Shown one piece after another: positions 1 through 9,389 of a DNA stretch of 64,000 nucleotides; the stretch's first letter is position 1, and every line of letters starts with the position of its first letter. The DNA is from an uncultured Phycisphaerae bacterium (GTDB lineage: Bacteria; Planctomycetota; Phycisphaerae; UBA1845; PWPN01), in assembly GCA_938005315.1 (NCBI GenBank), contig CALLOB010000014.1, forward strand, positions 3,705 to 67,704, read 5' to 3'. Made by a program: the position numbers and the translations under genes. The notes under the pieces are model-generated. The model was not told the DNA's origin, searched no databases, and was given only the letters and a program-made list of their open reading frames with translations.

Positions 1-1779
1 CGGCTGCTGGCCCTGGCCGCGGGGCGTCGTGACGCTTCTTTCGACCGGCTGCTTCTGTTCGCCGCGGCCGCCGGAGCCCTGTTCTTCGCCCTGCATCCCC
101 TGCGGGTCGAGGCGGTGGCCCGGGCCAGTTCGCGCGGCTACCTGCTGGCCGGTACATTCTTCCTGCTGATGCTGTGGAGCCACCTGGCGGCCCATGCGTC
201 CGGAGGCGTCGCCCCAGGCCGACCGTCGAGCCGCCGGCTGCATCGACTGCTGGTCTGGTTGTGGCTGGGCTGCGGGCTGCTGTGCGGGCCGGCCAGGGTG
301 GCCGCGCCGCTGGTCCTGCTGATCCTGGACGCCTGGCCGCTGGGTCGTCTCGGCCCGGCCGCCGGCGGCTGGCTGAACCGCCGCACCGCCGGCCTGTGGG
401 CCGAGAGGCTGCTCATGCTCGGCATGGTCGCCGGTGTGGCCAACGCCGCCGGCTGGCGCGAGGACCTTCGCGCCGCCATCAACATCGGCTACCCCGCCCG
501 GCAGGCTCTGGACGTGGCTGTGTATCGCATCGTCTTCGGGCTGCGGGCGACGCTGGTGCCCGCGGGGCTCAGTGCGTTCCGCGACTTTCCCCGCGACTAC
601 GTTCCGATGTCCGCCGACGGGTGGATCAACCTGGCGGCTGTGGCGGTGATCACTGCTGCCGCGGTCATGCCTGGCCGCCGGGTGCCGGGGCTGACCGCCG
701 GTTGGCTGGCGTACCTGGCTCTGTGCGGCGCCCGGCTGGGCCTGCTGTGCCAGGAACCGCAGATGGCCAGCGACCGTCACACCTATCTGCCCGGTATGGC
801 GACGGCTCTGCTGGCCGCCGGAGGCCTGCTGGTCTGGCTGCAGCGCGCGACGGCCGGGGGGCGAACCCCCCGGCTGCTGCCGGTGGCCGCGGCCGGGCTG
901 GTGCTGGCACTGTCAGCCAACGCGACCGTCCGGCTGGCGGTGCTCTGGCGCGACACGGAGTCGGTCTGGGGTCGCGTGCTGGCCGTGAACCCGCGCTGCG
1001 ACAACGCGTGGCTTCACCTCGGCGGATACCACATGGAGGGCGGCCGCAGGTCCGAGGCGATGGCGGCCTTCGAGCAGATGCTGGCCCTGCGGCCGGACGA
1101 TCCCTGGCCCTATCTGCGACTAGGAACCCTGCTGGCCGACGAAGGCCGGCACGAGGAGGCCCTGACCCGCTTCGAAAAGGCGGTGGAGCTGGCTCCCGAC
1201 AGCGAGGAATGCCGCCTGGGGCTGGGGCTGGCCCTGTTCCGGGTCAACGAGCCGGCCCGGGCTCTCGAGCAGCTCGAACCGTGCATGCGCGGCGAGCCGC
1301 CGGCGGGCTGGCTGAGCCGTCTGGCGAACCATTTCATGGTCACCGGCGAGGACATGATGGCCGTGCGGGTGCTGCTCGAGGCGGTGCGGCTGATGCCCGA
1401 CGACGCGGGACTGCTGAACAACCTGGTCTGGAAGCTGGCCACCTCGCCGGACCGGGCGGCGCGCGACGAATCCCGGGCCGCGGAGCTGGCCGTGCGCCTC
1501 GCGGGCATGGAGGAAACCGCGCGCGAGGCCCACATGCTCGACACCGTGGCTACCGCCTATGCCAACGCGGGCCGTTTCGACGAGGCCGTGATCTACCAGC
1601 TCAAGGCCATCGAGGTCATGGAGCAGTACGGGGCCACGGGCGATCCGGTCGAGTACAGGCGGCGGCTGGAGCTTTTCCGCAACCGCAGGTCTTATCACGA
1701 GCGCCGGGCCGGCGAGCCGGCGGGTCCCGACACGGCGGAAGCCGCTGATCCGGTCCCGTCCTCCCGTCCGGGCGGGTGA
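1..1779 (+). CDS. Polytopic membrane protein with C-terminal TPR repeats (TMTC/PMT-type glycosyltransferase-like architecture); 5' end lies outside the window
   Basis: Frame 1 is open from nt 1 (RLLALAAGRRDASFDRLLLFAAAAGALFFALHPLRVEAVA precedes the listed ORF start at 115). Many hydrophobic helices are followed by TPR-like units (AWLHLGGYHMEGGRRSEAMAAFEQMLALRPDD; PYLRLGTLLADEGRHEEALTRFEKAVELAPD). Family assigned from motif recall only. Confidence 0.6.
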   Translation, partial: RLLALAAGRRDASFDRLLLFAAAAGALFFALHPLRVEAVARASSRGYLLAGTFFLLMLWSHLAAHASGGVAPGRPSSRRLHRLLVWLWLGCGLLCGPARVAAPLVLLILDAWPLGRLGPAAGGWLNRRTAGLWAERLLMLGMVAGVANAAGWREDLRAAINIGYPARQALDVAVYRIVFGLRATLVPAGLSAFRDFPRDYVPMSADGWINLAAVAVITAAAVMPGRRVPGLTAGWLAYLALCGARLGLLCQEPQMASDRHTYLPGMATALLAAGGLLVWLQRATAGGRTPRLLPVAAAGLVLALSANATVRLAVLWRDTESVWGRVLAVNPRCDNAWLHLGGYHMEGGRRSEAMAAFEQMLALRPDDPWPYLRLGTLLADEGRHEEALTRFEKAVELAPDSEECRLGLGLALFRVNEPARALEQLEPCMRGEPPAGWLSRLANHFMVTGEDMMAVRVLLEAVRLMPDDAGLLNNLVWKLATSPDRAARDESRAAELAVRLAGMEETAREAHMLDTVATAYANAGRFDEAVIYQLKAIEVMEQYGATGDPVEYRRRLELFRNRRSYHERRAGEPAGPDTAEAADPVPSSRPGG

Positions 1780-1964
1780 ACACCGCGTCGGCTTGGCCCT
1801 CGCCCGGGCCCGCTCCCCGCCGCCGGAGCTGACGGCGACCCGGTGAGGGCCTTACCGTGCTGCCCGGTCACGTAGATTCGTCCGCCAGCAGGTCCGCGAG
1901 CGTCCGCAACAAGGAAGCGGAGTCCTTCATCGCTCGCCGACGGGTCCCTGTCGGGTTTTACGCC

Positions 1965-2525
1965 ATGAAAATGCTCCTTGCTCTGGCCGTCGTGGTGCTG
2001 GTGTTCGTTGTTGTCCGTCGGGTCCGCGGACGGATGTCGGCCGGACCTTTTCCGCAGGCCGGAAACTCCCGGGCTGAGGTGGTATTCTCTCCGGAGGAGT
2101 ACGAGCGTCACGTCGAAGCCGGGCAGGCCGGGCTGGAGCGCGTCCTGAGGCGGATGCACAATCTCGTGAGCCATGCGATCATTCCGTTCGAGATCGGCGG
2201 CCCCGTGGATCTTTACTACTTCCCCGGCGCCATTCCGGCGACCGGCTTGGCAACCATGGAACTGGTCCGCCCGGACGGCAGCGGGCCGAAGCCCGGCCGG
2301 ATCGGCACCTATGAGCCTGTGGCTTTCACCCGGCTCCTCATGCCGCCGCCGGATTGCAGGGAGGGGCAATATCCTTTCCGCAGGATCGAACGCCGTCTCC
2401 GCAGCATCTTCACCACCCTCGGGAGGCACTCGTGCGACTACTGGAGGCCGATAGTCTGCTACACCATGTGGCTGATGGTCGAACGGCAGACCGACCCCGG
2501 ACCGCCAGTCGCCCAGAGCGGCTGA
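1965..2525 (+). CDS. Membrane-anchored hypothetical protein, possibly SUFU-like fold
   Basis: ATG at 1965 gives MKMLLALAVVVLVFVVVRRVRG (N-terminal TM anchor). The core HAIIPFEIGGPVDLYYFPGAIPATGLATMEL resembles the bacterial Suppressor-of-fused-like pattern, recalled rather than searched. GC3-rich codons. Confidence 0.45.
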   Translation: MKMLLALAVVVLVFVVVRRVRGRMSAGPFPQAGNSRAEVVFSPEEYERHVEAGQAGLERVLRRMHNLVSHAIIPFEIGGPVDLYYFPGAIPATGLATMELVRPDGSGPKPGRIGTYEPVAFTRLLMPPPDCREGQYPFRRIERRLRSIFTTLGRHSCDYWRPIVCYTMWLMVERQTDPGPPVAQSG

Positions 2526-2762
2526 AGGCCGCTAAGCCCCGGCGGGGGGCTCGACCTCGAGCTCCGGGCGTCCCGGCCCGTGAGGCACCACACGCAGGCG
2601 GTGCCGGGCAGCCTGCGGGGGCCTTGACGCCGTACCACCCGGCCGGGCGCGTTTGACAGGCCAGGTTGCGGTCCTCTAGAATGCCGGCCTGCCGAAGCAT
2701 CGGCAGACCCGCCCCGCAGGCCCGCGCCTGCCGCGGTTCGCGTTCCCACAGGAGAGGCTGGA

Positions 2763-2981
2763 ATGATCTGGCGAATGATGCTGCTTGCCGCGGTCGCGGT
2801 CACGGGCCTTCTGAGCACAGGCTGTGCCGACGGCATCGCCTACAGTGGCCGGGAGCGTGAGGAGCGCTATCGCCGCATCATGGACAATGACGCCAAGATG
2901 CTGACCGACGACATCGACCTGTTCCTGCTGGGCGACGACACTTCGCGGCTGAGCCCCTGGCGGATCCATTCGGCCCGCTGA
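2763..2981 (+). CDS. Small lipoprotein (72 aa)
   Basis: Signal peptide plus lipobox MIWRMMLLAAVAVTGLLSTGC. GGAGAGG lies 5-6 nt upstream of the ATG. Confidence 0.55.
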   Translation: MIWRMMLLAAVAVTGLLSTGCADGIAYSGREREERYRRIMDNDAKMLTDDIDLFLLGDDTSRLSPWRIHSAR

Positions 2982-3189
2982 CCGGGGACGCGGGCATCCT
3001 GGCATTCCAGGCTTGGGTTTTCGGGGTCCCAGGCCGCACCTTTCGCTGTTTTGCCCCGCAGCTGCGGGTTTTGGGCTTCAGATTCCCGGTGCCAGCTCCG
3101 ACCGTTTTCGCACGGGCGGGTTTTGACGTGTGCCGGGTCGGCCCGGCCTTCTTCCCGGCGTGTTTCCGTCCATCAGCCTCCCTGGGATG

Positions 3190-3280
3190 GTCGATAATGA
3201 TGGCAGGAACGCCTTAAATCCAGGATGCAATAATTACACTCAAGGAATATGCCACAGGCCAGTTGGGAGTTCGTACAATG
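3190..3280 (+). promoter_or_regulatory. GC-poor island (probable promoter/5' leader) in front of the giant GspK-like gene
   Basis: gataatgatggcaggaacgccttaaatccaggatgcaataattacactcaaggaatatgcc...tcgtacaatg stands out against the GC-rich background. It contains TACAAT (3274..3279) and TAATTACACT. GGAGG at 3286..3290 precedes ATG 3301. Confidence 0.3.
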
Positions 3281-3300
3281 GGTGCGGAGGTAGCCTGGAG

Positions 3301-6300
3301 ATGACCGACGTGAGGATCAGCCCGGCCAGCCGGCGGCCCGGACGCCGCGGAACGGTGCTCATCATGGTGGTGGGCGTCCTGGCGATGCTGTTTGTCATCG
3401 GGGCGACGCACCTGATCGTGGCCCGTTTCGAGCGCAAGACCACCGAGCAGAAGCAGGCGTCGCGCAACATCCGGGGTATTGCCGACGCGGTCGACACCCC
3501 CACGCTGGTCCAGCTCCGCCAGGATATCGTCGGCCACGACGGCATCCCCTACAACGCCTGGGGTCCCTTGAACCCGGCCACCGGCAACGACCAGGTGCCG
3601 GCGGAGGATTACGCGGATTTCGCGGGATATATCGGCAGTGGGAACCTTGCGACAGCTTTCCGCAACGGTGACCTGCTGATCTCGAGCCCGGAGGTTTACC
3701 CCACCGGGTCCGGTTGGCAGGACTGGCGTATCTTCGCCCTGTCCTGGGGCCTCGACGTGCTTCGGGTCAACAGCCCGATCGAGCCGCCCCCCAACCACAT
3801 GGAGGTTTTCCGCCCAGAGTGGCAGGCGGGCCATCCACTCCTCGACGCCGACGCCGATGGAGTGCCTGACGCCCCGTCTGTCAACACTCTGGGCACCTCA
3901 GCCATGTTCGGCGGGACCTACCTGACGTATAACCGTGTCGTTCCGCATGGCGGCATGGTCCTGCTGGACAAGCTGACGCATCCGGCACTGCTGGCCCAGG
4001 TCATCCACCCTGAGGACCGCTACGCCGGCAACGCATTCTACTTCCAGGAGCCGCGGCTGCTGTGGGCCAACTGGTGGGGCCTGGACAACCGCTACCCGGA
4101 CCTCGTGACCGGCAGCGAGGACGAGCGCAAGCTGCGCCGGCGCTTCATGCTGCCGACCAACGAGGACCACACCGTTCTGGCGAGCACCTCGCTGATCGCC
4201 CGGCTGCCGGTGACGTTGGGCTACGCGGCCCCGTCGGGTGCGGGCACCACGTTTCGAACCTGGACGCCGCACTGGTGGCCGATCAACGGCAGCCAGGTCT
4301 TCTACGGCGGCTACAGCGACTGGGACTGGATGCGCGAGCGGCTGGCGCCGCCGGCACCGCTCAGCTCGACAGCCTACAACCCCGGCCGGGACACCTACGA
4401 CCGCCGGCGGCTGGTTACCACGGTCAACAGCGACGACCTGCTCCGCCCGCAGAGGCAGGAGGAGCGGCTCAGGAACGTGGTCACCGCCCCGCTGTACTAC
4501 GTGCTCAACCCCGCATCGGCCGCGGGCGTGGACACCACCACGGTGCCCGGCGTCTCGATCGACACCCGGCCGGACAACGCCTACGGTTCCGTGCGCGTGC
4601 CGGTCCAGACGCCCTACATTGAGCCGGGGGTTTTCAACGTGCCCGGCCTGCGGACGCAGTTCAGTCTGCGGGACGTGCTTGAGCCGGTGCTGAACACCTC
4701 GCTGGGCGGCTTCGAGGGTCTGCCCTCCTACCGCCGGGCCGAGCAGCTCACCGCGTACTTCCTGGCGATGATCCAGCACACCACCGTGCCGGGCAGCGCG
4801 GCGGAGAATCCCAGTCCGCCGCAGCTCCTCGAGCAGCTCCGCACGGCCGCCCAGCTGGCCGTCAACGCGATCGACTTCGCGGACACGTCGGCCGACTACT
4901 GGAACGCGGCCACGGCCGGCGTGGGCCAGGACGGCACGTTCGATGTCGATCTCCCGACCTACTTCGAGTGGCCGCAGGGGCCGGGCGCGACCCCCCAGGT
5001 CCGCGTTCTCGGCGTCGAGAAGCAGCCGTACATCACCGAGGCGTACGTGCGGTTCGTGGTCGAGCCGGACGACAGCGTGCCCCCCAAGTGGCGCAAGCAG
5101 GGCGCCGAGGCGGCGATCTCCGCCGAATCCGTCTGGGCGGTCGAGCTGTACAACCCCTACGACACGGCGATCGCCCTTTCGGACGCCGAGGGTTCGATCA
5201 TCGAGCTTCAGGTGAAGGACGACACCGAGCAGATCACCTGCCGCCTTGGACTGCTGGGGCCCATCCCCGCCGGGCAGTACCTCGTGATCACCAACGCCGC
5301 CGGGGCGCTGACCGCGGAGTTGCAGGCCCTGCTGGGCCCCGCGCTGCCCGGCCAGGTGGTCGATGTGACCGACGGCAGCCGTGTGACGATTGTCGAGCCA
5401 CTGGACCTCCCGGCCGGCGATCTGGGGCCCGGCAGCAGCATCCGACTGGTGCAGCGCCGGGCACTGGCCATCGGCCCGGCCGGCCTGGCCGTTGTGGATC
5501 CGCAGATGGAGATCGACCGGCTCGCCCCGGTGAGGGGTGCCTGGGAGCACGCCCACCCTGTCTACGGCCCCAACGGCGACCGCTGGGCCCAACGGCCGAA
5601 GCTGTCGCTTCGCGATACTCCTGACGGCACGGAGGACAGGTTCATCTGGGACAGCAGTCTGCAGCGCCGCAAGGAGCCGGTTCCGGCCCGACCGGTGTAC
5701 TGGCACTTTACGCTCGCGCGGCAGATGAGCTTCCCGCTGCCTTATGACGAGGACGCCAACAACGAGCACGGGGCCCTGGTGATCGCGGGCGTGCCGAACG
5801 TCGTGCGTACCCGGCCGACCGACCGTCCGCCGCAGCACAACCTCATGGGCAGCCGGCCGCGATATCCGGACGCGGTTCCCCCGGCGGAGTTCTTCGGTCA
5901 CCAGGTGTACCTGGACGGCGAGAATAAGGCGTTCATCAGCAACCAGGAGTTGCTGGCCTGGGAATCCGACGGCCGCTCGATCTACCTCCGCAAGCCCGGC
6001 AGCGTGACGATGCCGGTCGAGCATTTCGCGCTGATCGATATCCCGGCCAACCGCGGTCCGCTGGCCTCCTGCCCGGTCCTCGTCGCTGACGCCGGGGTGG
6101 ACGGCCGCAGCGGCGGAGCCCTGGCCTTCCCGACCACCGGCACGCTGCTGCTGGTCAGCCGCTACGCCCACGAACGCCGGCAGGACCTGGCCGGGACGGC
6201 CAACGAGTGGCTGCCGGCCACCGTGGCCGCGACCCGGGATCCCGGCGACAAGACCAGTGGCATGGTCACCGCCCAGATGCTCAAGCTCGACAACGGCCAT

Positions 6301-7377
6301 CTGCCGGTGTTCGACGCCGTCCAGAGATGCCAGGACAAGTCCGCCGGCAAGGGTCGGCTCGACGTGCCCTGGGGGCAGCTGGTATTCAACTACTTCACGG
6401 CCCTGCCGCTGGAGGAGCTGTATTACTTCGGCGACCTGACCGACCCGCAGTACGAGCAGCAGTACGCGGGGGCGCTGGCCTACGTCAACCCTGTGTTCAA
6501 CAGTCTGTACCTGCCGTCGTTCCCGTACTATCCGGCGGTGGACCGGCTGAGCGACGCCCCGGCGGCGTTCGGGCCCAGGGTGCGCGGGCGGATCAACCTG
6601 AACTACGCCCCCTGGTGGGTGCTGGACGGCCTGCCGGTGCTGCCGGACGCGGTCCGGGGGACGACGGCGGCCAACACGGCCGCGGGAGCGACGACGCGGG
6701 CGTTGCCGGCCGGGGGCGAGGCTCTGCCGGTGGCCGGCGTGCCGGTGCGCGAGATCCTCTCGGGTCGGCTGGATACTGCGGGAGCCGTGAACAGGCCGGG
6801 GCAGGCTCTGGTTCGCGCGGTGATGGACGACCAGAGCGGCGAGGTCGCGCCCACGCAGGTGGCCCGCACTGCCGGACTGCCGACCATCGGCCCGGCGCTG
6901 GCCAAACACATCGTCGCCCGGCGCGAGATCCGGCCGGTGGACGAGCACGGCACGTCGGCCGAGGTGCCCGGCCTGCTGACGGTCGGGACGCTGTGCGAGG
7001 TGGTGGCCGAGGTACGGCTGCCGGACCACGGGATCGGCTCGACGACCGTGACGAGGCCGACGCTCCCGGCCCTGCGTCTGGCGTACGACACCCGGACCTT
7101 CAACACGCCGGAGCTGGCGAGGATCGCCCCGCGGCCGTTCAGCTACCTGGGCTACCTGCAGCTGGTGACGCCGGTGGTGCGGTTGCAGGACTGGGCCACG
7201 GTCAAGAACCACGCGTACACGATCTATACCGTGGTCGGCGACACCGCCGAGCCGCCGGTCTGGCTGAAGACGCAGACCACGGTGGACCGCACCCGCTGCC
7301 TTTACAGCAACGAGCTGCCCGACCGCGTGGTGGTCACCGAGCCGGTGGGCTACCACAACGCCGTCAGCGACCAGTAA
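3301..7377 (+). CDS. Giant (1358 aa) type II secretion minor-pseudopilin GspK-like protein
   Basis: Start chosen at ATG 3301 (MTDVRISPASRRPGRRGTVLIMVVGVLAMLFVIGATHLIV), the GspK-type N-terminus (basic residues plus one TM). The C-terminal region has a GspK-like GRINLNYAPWWVLDGLPVLP and a helix-hairpin-helix-like LPTIGPALAKHIVARREIRP. About 1000 aa of unassigned sequence lies between them. Confidence 0.6.
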   Translation: MTDVRISPASRRPGRRGTVLIMVVGVLAMLFVIGATHLIVARFERKTTEQKQASRNIRGIADAVDTPTLVQLRQDIVGHDGIPYNAWGPLNPATGNDQVPAEDYADFAGYIGSGNLATAFRNGDLLISSPEVYPTGSGWQDWRIFALSWGLDVLRVNSPIEPPPNHMEVFRPEWQAGHPLLDADADGVPDAPSVNTLGTSAMFGGTYLTYNRVVPHGGMVLLDKLTHPALLAQVIHPEDRYAGNAFYFQEPRLLWANWWGLDNRYPDLVTGSEDERKLRRRFMLPTNEDHTVLASTSLIARLPVTLGYAAPSGAGTTFRTWTPHWWPINGSQVFYGGYSDWDWMRERLAPPAPLSSTAYNPGRDTYDRRRLVTTVNSDDLLRPQRQEERLRNVVTAPLYYVLNPASAAGVDTTTVPGVSIDTRPDNAYGSVRVPVQTPYIEPGVFNVPGLRTQFSLRDVLEPVLNTSLGGFEGLPSYRRAEQLTAYFLAMIQHTTVPGSAAENPSPPQLLEQLRTAAQLAVNAIDFADTSADYWNAATAGVGQDGTFDVDLPTYFEWPQGPGATPQVRVLGVEKQPYITEAYVRFVVEPDDSVPPKWRKQGAEAAISAESVWAVELYNPYDTAIALSDAEGSIIELQVKDDTEQITCRLGLLGPIPAGQYLVITNAAGALTAELQALLGPALPGQVVDVTDGSRVTIVEPLDLPAGDLGPGSSIRLVQRRALAIGPAGLAVVDPQMEIDRLAPVRGAWEHAHPVYGPNGDRWAQRPKLSLRDTPDGTEDRFIWDSSLQRRKEPVPARPVYWHFTLARQMSFPLPYDEDANNEHGALVIAGVPNVVRTRPTDRPPQHNLMGSRPRYPDAVPPAEFFGHQVYLDGENKAFISNQELLAWESDGRSIYLRKPGSVTMPVEHFALIDIPANRGPLASCPVLVADAGVDGRSGGALAFPTTGTLLLVSRYAHERRQDLAGTANEWLPATVAATRDPGDKTSGMVTAQMLKLDNGHLPVFDAVQRCQDKSAGKGRLDVPWGQLVFNYFTALPLEELYYFGDLTDPQYEQQYAGALAYVNPVFNSLYLPSFPYYPAVDRLSDAPAAFGPRVRGRINLNYAPWWVLDGLPVLPDAVRGTTAANTAAGATTRALPAGGEALPVAGVPVREILSGRLDTAGAVNRPGQALVRAVMDDQSGEVAPTQVARTAGLPTIGPALAKHIVARREIRPVDEHGTSAEVPGLLTVGTLCEVVAEVRLPDHGIGSTTVTRPTLPALRLAYDTRTFNTPELARIAPRPFSYLGYLQLVTPVVRLQDWATVKNHAYTIYTVVGDTAEPPVWLKTQTTVDRTRCLYSNELPDRVVVTEPVGYHNAVSDQ

Positions 7378-7429
7378 CCGTCGCCGTGGGGCGTCGGCCG
7401 GGAACACCGGCGCCGAGGGCGGCGGCGGG

Positions 7430-9316
7430 TCAGTCCGGGGCCACGAGGTTCAATTCGCCCAGTTCCACCGCCTGTCGGCCGGTGGACAGGGTCTGCGGCC
7501 GGCTGCCGGGCGGCAGGTGGAAAAGGAATACGAAGATGTAGTCCCGGCCGGGTCCGAGGTGTTCCTTGCGGATCCGCTGGAACTTGGGCAGCCGGGCGTT
7601 GGCGTTGCGCTCGGTCTCGTTGAAGTACCGCAGCTCGAAGACCTGCTTGCCATCGACGACCGCGATCGCATAGGCCCCGACCGGCGGATACTCCCGGCCG
7701 TCAGCGTCCTTGAGGCTGTTGACCGGCAGGTTGTCGCTGGCCACGCTGTAGATGTTGCCCAGCCAGCTTTCGGCCCTGAGTTTCTCGACGCTCAGCTGCA
7801 GGAGGCGCATGTTCGGCGGCACCGCGAGCCTGGAGATCGGCTGCTTGTCGCCGTCGAGCGGCTCGCCGTCCCCGCCGAGTTCGGCCATCACGTAGCCGCC
7901 CTCCAGGGCCTGGCCGCGGAGTTCCGCATCGCGTGCCGAATAGCTGGTCAGCGGCCTGGCGAAGGGCAGTTCGTCGCTGAATCGGGCCTCGCGGGCCGGT
8001 CCGACGCCCGAGACGCGGTCCTGGCGGCGGCTCGGGGGCCTGGACTGGCGGCGTTCTCCGGGGTTGCTGTCGTCGGCCGCCTCGGGGTCGGGCTCGCCCC
8101 TGGCCGTGCCGCCCTTCCTGGACCTGGCGTCGGGCGACCGCAGCGCCGGCAGGGGCTTGGGGATGAGCTTGACGGGGTCGAGCGCCGCCCGGGCGGTCAT
8201 CTTGTACTCGACGAAAAGCGGCTCGAAGTCGCGTTCGCCGGGGATCAGAAAGACGACGTCGAACTGGCTGCCTATTCTGGCCTTGAGCACGTGCCCCTCG
8301 GCCGGGCCGACCAGCACCAGTGGTTGAGGGTCGAGGTTCTCGTCGCTGATGGCCCAGGGGAAGTACTCGACGACCGGTCCACCCTTGCCCTGGCGGCCGA
8401 CCAGCCGGATCTGCTCGGTGGAGAAGCGCAGCAGCTGGCCGTCGTCCCGGGCCTTGGCGTCGACCGACAGCCGCAGGTACAGCGGCGCGGCCTGGCGATC
8501 GAACGGCACGTGCTTGAGCCTGACCATCATCTTGCCGGTGGCTTTATCCTTCTCGCGGACGCGTGCGAAGATGCGGCAGGAGTCGGGGACCCGGTTTTCC
8601 GGCAGTTTCCATGTCGCGACCAGCTGGAGACTGTCCGGCGGCACGGCGATGCGGGCCTGCCCGAAGGGGTTGTACCGCCCGCGTTGCAGACGGCCGAGGA
8701 AATCGGGATACACGTCCGTCAGGGGCGTCGTACCGGCCAGGGCATGGCTGGAGAGGTGGGAGACGAGGGCCACCGTGAAACCATCGGGGTTGAGCCACAG
8801 GCTCCGGCGTCGGAACCTGGCCCGGCTCAGATCGACGCGGTTCAGGACGTCCCTGAGGGTTTCGCGCTCGTTCTGGGGTTCCAGGGACACCTCGTTGCCG
8901 CCGTCGTCCAGCAGGACGAACCTGGAGAAGCCCAGGAAGCTGGCCGGGAAGCCGAGCATCTGGGTCCCGGTGGCCAGGATGCCCACGATGATCATGGAGG
9001 TCACGAATCCGAAGACCCCTCCGCCGATGCGGTCGACCATGACCGGAAAGTGGAGGTTGCCGGTGATGAGCCGGTCATAGAGGTTGCGCAGCAGCAACAG
9101 GGCGATGACGAAGATGGACACCAGGGCGATGCCCGCGCCGCGGTCGGGGTTGCGGTCTGCCAGGAACGAGAGGTAGAGATCCTCGTGGAGGCCGAAGGCC
9201 AGGGCCGCCGACAGCACGGTCAGGATGCAGGTGATGACCGCGCTGAACAGGCCGGTCAGCCCCTGATAGAAGGTCATCGCCAGGATCAGGACGATTGCGA
9301 AGAACGAGAACCACAT
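7430..9316 (-). CDS. CvpA-family membrane domain fused to a ~450-aa uncharacterised C-terminal region
   Basis: ATG at 9316 (MWFSFFAIVLILAMTFYQGLTGLFSAVITCILTVLSAALAFG...) with GAGG 8 nt upstream. Four TM helices follow the CvpA arrangement. The remainder has no motif I recognise. Confidence 0.6.
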   Translation of the reverse strand: MWFSFFAIVLILAMTFYQGLTGLFSAVITCILTVLSAALAFGLHEDLYLSFLADRNPDRGAGIALVSIFVIALLLLRNLYDRLITGNLHFPVMVDRIGGGVFGFVTSMIIVGILATGTQMLGFPASFLGFSRFVLLDDGGNEVSLEPQNERETLRDVLNRVDLSRARFRRRSLWLNPDGFTVALVSHLSSHALAGTTPLTDVYPDFLGRLQRGRYNPFGQARIAVPPDSLQLVATWKLPENRVPDSCRIFARVREKDKATGKMMVRLKHVPFDRQAAPLYLRLSVDAKARDDGQLLRFSTEQIRLVGRQGKGGPVVEYFPWAISDENLDPQPLVLVGPAEGHVLKARIGSQFDVVFLIPGERDFEPLFVEYKMTARAALDPVKLIPKPLPALRSPDARSRKGGTARGEPDPEAADDSNPGERRQSRPPSRRQDRVSGVGPAREARFSDELPFARPLTSYSARDAELRGQALEGGYVMAELGGDGEPLDGDKQPISRLAVPPNMRLLQLSVEKLRAESWLGNIYSVASDNLPVNSLKDADGREYPPVGAYAIAVVDGKQVFELRYFNETERNANARLPKFQRIRKEHLGPGRDYIFVFLFHLPPGSRPQTLSTGRQAVELGELNLVAPD

Positions 9317-9389
9317 ATCGCCAGCCTCGAGGGACGGTGTTTCCAGGCCGCTTCCCCGGACTTTCGCGGGGGGACGGCCCCGCGGCGCG

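Noticed and set aside
2982-3030. Rho-independent terminator after the small lipoprotein gene (CCTGG-CATT-CCAGG ... GGGTTTT)
   Set aside because: The stem is only 5 bp and the T-tract is separated from it and interrupted. Other candidate hairpins at gene ends (35346..35390, 46603..46717, 49973..50030) lack T-runs entirely. No terminators are called.
3898-7407. 1169-aa antisense ORF opposite the GspK-like gene, and similar long shadows (35658..38573 +, 24003..26642 -, 38576..40552 -, 46233..48656 -, 41720..43435 -, 55108..57249 +, 62352..63944 -, 15601..17796 -, 27708..29483 -)
   Set aside because: Arg/Gly/Pro/Ala-rich translations with no motifs. Each is antisense to an ORF with clear family signatures and GC3-biased codons. 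This is the typical stop-codon-poor antisense frame of high-GC DNA.
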